From: Gammaproteobacteria bacterium
Lineage (GTDB): Bacteria > Pseudomonadota > Gammaproteobacteria > G965277405
Assembly (NCBI GenBank): GCA_965277405.1
Contig: OZ255726.1
Location: forward strand, 640,001-704,000
Length of the DNA: 64,000 bases
Reading direction: 5' to 3'
Positions 61,047 through 64,000 of the stretch are shown piece after piece (the stretch's first letter is position 1; every line of letters starts with the position of its first letter). The translations under genes were made by a program, and so were the position numbers. The notes beneath the pieces are model-generated. The model made no database searches. It saw only the letters and a list, made by a program, of their open reading frames with translations, and was not told the DNA's origin.

Positions 61047-63710
61047 ATGTTCAATGCAATCGCCAGCAGTGTTTTTGGCTCAAAAAATGATCGCGAACTC
61101 AAACGCATGTCACGTTACATCACGGCGATCTCTCAATTCGAAGCAACAATCACAGACCTTGAAGATGCACAATTGGCACAACGACTGCAAGCACTACGCG
61201 ATAAACACCGCAACGCAGGAGCAGCGTTAGACACACTATTACCAGAGTGCTTTGCTTTGGTGCGTGAAGCCGGGAAAAGAGCGCTCTCAATGCGCCACTT
61301 TGATGTGCAAATGCTCGGAGGTATTGCTCTCCATCAAGGCAATATTGCTGAAATGCCAACTGGTGAAGGAAAAACCTTAGCCGCCACGCTGCCTGCTGTA
61401 CTGAATGCCCTCACTGGGAATGGTGTGCACATTGTTACAGTCAACGACTATCTTGCTAAGCGTGACGCCAAATGGATGGAACCTGCGTATGCGATGTTGG
61501 GCTTGACAGTTGGCTCAATCGTTTCTGGGCAAGATCACGATAGTAAAAAAGCCGCGTATAGCTGTGATATTACCTATGCAACAAACAACGAACTTGGCTT
61601 TGATTATTTGCGCGATAATATGGCGTTAGAGTCAGCTCAACTGGTGCAACGCGGATTAAATTTTGCAATAATTGATGAAGTCGATTCAATTTTAATAGAT
61701 GAGGCGCGAACTCCGCTGGTTATTTCTGGATCGACTGTCGATAACACCGATATTTATGTCGCAATCGACACCATGATTCCCAAGCTCACCCCAGCGGTAG
61801 CCGATGAAAACGGTGTCGCGATTGATGATGGCGATTTTATTGTCAACGAAAAAGACCGTAATGTTGAACTCACTGAGCATGGCTATGTCAATGCCGAACA
61901 ACAGCTAGAAAAATTGCGGCTAATGGCTAAGGGCAGCAGCTTATATGACATGCAAAATTTAACATTATTGCACCATATTACTGCAGGACTGCGCGCCCAT
62001 TCTGTTTTCAGCAAGGACATAGACTACATCGTCGATAACAATGAAATCGTCATCATCGATGAACACACTGGTAGGGCAATGCCTGGTAGACGTTGGTCAG
62101 AAGGGCTGCATCAGGCGATTGAAGCCAAGGAGCGTGTTACTATTCAAAATGAATCGCAAACGCTGGCATCAACTTCGTTTCAAAACTATTTTCGTCAATA
62201 CACCAAGCTATCAGGAATGACAGGCACGGCTGATACTGAAGCGTTTGAGTTTCGTGAAATTTATAATTTAGATGTGCGCGTTATTCCGCCCAATCAACCT
62301 TCTACACGAGTTGATCACAATGATCATATATATCTCACTGAGCAAGAAAAATTTGCTGCGGTAGTCATTGATATTCAAGATTGCTTGTCCCGCCACCAGC
62401 CAGTACTTGTTGGGACACCGACGATTGAGCAATCTGAATTGCTAGCCACCTACCTTAGCAAAGCCAAGATTTCACACACCATCTTAAACGCAAAACAACA
62501 CCAACACGAAGCAGAAGTTATCGCCAATGCTGGTAAGTCAGATACTGTTACGATTGCGACCAACATGGCAGGACGTGGCACCGACATTGTGCTTGGAGGT
62601 AACTTGCAAAAGGCTCTTGAACAAAACGACTTAAGCCAACATCCAGCTCTTAAAACACAGTGGAAGGGGAATCATCAAGCGGTTATGGCAGCTGGTGGCT
62701 TGCATATTATTGGGACAGAGCGTCATGAATCACGCCGCATCGACAACCAGCTGCGTGGTCGGTCTGGTCGGCAAGGCGACCCTGGATCATCACGATTCTA
62801 CCTTTCTGTTGACGATAGTTTGATGCGGTTGTTTGCATCAGAAAGAATCAAAAACATGATGCGTTCACTTGGCATGCCATCAGGCGAACCAATCGAGCAT
62901 CGGATGGTAAGCAATGCGATTGAACGTGCGCAACGCAAGGTGGAGAGTCGCAACTTTGATATGCGCAAGCAATTACTCGAATATGATGATATCGCCAACG
63001 AACAACGGATAGCAATATACCAGCAACGCAATGAAATCATGCATAGCAATATCATGATTTCAATTATTGACGGTCTTGCTGAGGATGTGATTCGCAATCA
63101 AGCAATAAAAATTCTCCCGCCACATACCCCGCCGCAACAATGGCCACACCAAGCTATTCAAGAACGGTTGCATACTGACTATGCTATTGATATCGATGTG
63201 GTCGCCATGATTGGCGACTCAGACGACATCAATATCATGATTGATACCCTCGTTGCCAGTTCACAACAACAGTGCCAACGCCAAGCCGACACAATTGATG
63301 AAGTAACACGAAATAGTTTTTTTAGGCAGGTGTTTTTACAAGTTATCGATAATCATTGGAAAACCCATTTACAGCAAATGGATTATCTACGCCAAGGCAT
63401 TCAACTGCGTGGCTATGCACAAAAAAATCCAAAACAGGAATACAAGCGTGAATCGTTTGAATTATTCCAACACATGTTAGAAACCATTAAATTCGATACG
63501 CTGCGGTTAGTCAGCCATATGAACATTCCTTCTGCAGCAGAGGTTATCCAAATGCAACAACAACGGCGGCGAGAGGCAGAACGTGCCCAGCAACAGCGAG
63601 AGCAGCAGACTGGGCAACCAATTACGCGTTCTGGAGAAAAAATTGGCAGAAATGCGCTGTGTCCGTGCGGGTCTGGAAAAAAATATAAATATTGTCACGG
63701 AAAATTGTGA
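61047..63710 (+). CDS. secA: Preprotein translocase subunit SecA
   Basis: [40 protein letters not shown] and C-terminal [13 protein letters not shown]. Confidence 0.98.
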   Translation: MFNAIASSVFGSKNDRELKRMSRYITAISQFEATITDLEDAQLAQRLQALRDKHRNAGAALDTLLPECFALVREAGKRALSMRHFDVQMLGGIALHQGNIAEMPTGEGKTLAATLPAVLNALTGNGVHIVTVNDYLAKRDAKWMEPAYAMLGLTVGSIVSGQDHDSKKAAYSCDITYATNNELGFDYLRDNMALESAQLVQRGLNFAIIDEVDSILIDEARTPLVISGSTVDNTDIYVAIDTMIPKLTPAVADENGVAIDDGDFIVNEKDRNVELTEHGYVNAEQQLEKLRLMAKGSSLYDMQNLTLLHHITAGLRAHSVFSKDIDYIVDNNEIVIIDEHTGRAMPGRRWSEGLHQAIEAKERVTIQNESQTLASTSFQNYFRQYTKLSGMTGTADTEAFEFREIYNLDVRVIPPNQPSTRVDHNDHIYLTEQEKFAAVVIDIQDCLSRHQPVLVGTPTIEQSELLATYLSKAKISHTILNAKQHQHEAEVIANAGKSDTVTIATNMAGRGTDIVLGGNLQKALEQNDLSQHPALKTQWKGNHQAVMAAGGLHIIGTERHESRRIDNQLRGRSGRQGDPGSSRFYLSVDDSLMRLFASERIKNMMRSLGMPSGEPIEHRMVSNAIERAQRKVESRNFDMRKQLLEYDDIANEQRIAIYQQRNEIMHSNIMISIIDGLAEDVIRNQAIKILPPHTPPQQWPHQAIQERLHTDYAIDIDVVAMIGDSDDINIMIDTLVASSQQQCQRQADTIDEVTRNSFFRQVFLQVIDNHWKTHLQQMDYLRQGIQLRGYAQKNPKQEYKRESFELFQHMLETIKFDTLRLVSHMNIPSAAEVIQMQQQRRREAERAQQQREQQTGQPITRSGEKIGRNALCPCGSGKKYKYCHGKL

Positions 63711-63734
63711 CACAACAACACAGCTGTATACCTC

Positions 63735-64000
63735 ATGGAAGACAAATATCGTAATATTCGACCTTGGAATGATAGCGAAGTTGCTGAAACCCTGCAACGC
63801 ATCACCGCTTCCAACACACTATTAAGCGGTATCGCGCGCAGGCGCTACCCATTCCTCGCATCACATTTATTAACACCCTTGATGTTGTTTATCCGCCTGT
63901 ATTTGCGCTGGCAATGTCGTGGGGTAACCACAGTACGTCAAGTGCAAAAACGTTTTGTGTTACCACATGTTAAAACAGTGCTGGACAAATATACCGATGG
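63735..64000 (+). CDS. Probable glycerol-3-phosphate/lysophospholipid acyltransferase, N-terminal part (3'-truncated by window edge)
   Basis: Open frame MEDKYRNIRPWNDSEV..; the IRP.D.EV start resembles this family; catalytic motifs lie outside the window. Confidence 0.5.
   Translation, partial: MEDKYRNIRPWNDSEVAETLQRITASNTLLSGIARRRYPFLASHLLTPLMLFIRLYLRWQCRGVTTVRQVQKRFVLPHVKTVLDKYTD

Overview
Chromosomal window from a divergent gammaproteobacterium (16S rRNA and core-gene identity; roughly 40-45% GC by eye). Core genes include glnE (partial), birA-coaX-SPOR, hemC, spoT, dacB, pyrG-kdsA, pyrD, glnD, grxD, fdx-iscX, engB, rpmE2, leuA, bfr, nhaA and secA. There are four tRNAs and a 16S gene with no linked 23S. 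Mobile DNA is abundant: one full-length but frameshifted IS5-family element, about ten copies or relics of a ~285-bp MITE sharing its terminal inverted repeats, two relics of a second IS5-family element, and a P4-type integrase relic at tRNA-Met. Most notable: (1) a ~17-kb inositol cluster with iolG/iolE/iolD but no iolB/C/J/A, carrying instead an IlvD/EDD dehydratase, an HpcH aldolase and an SSADH-type dehydrogenase, which suggests a possible kinase-free lower pathway; (2) a decaying secreted Gly-rich peptide / C39 peptidase / beta-barrel cassette; (3) two intact apparent pseudoenzymes (a DsbA with SPTS instead of CXXC, and an Ig-domain kexin-like protein lacking the catalytic triad); (4) a Leu-rich leader peptide whose Leu codons can pair with the leuA ribosome-binding site. 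All family assignments come from motif recognition by eye, not database searches.
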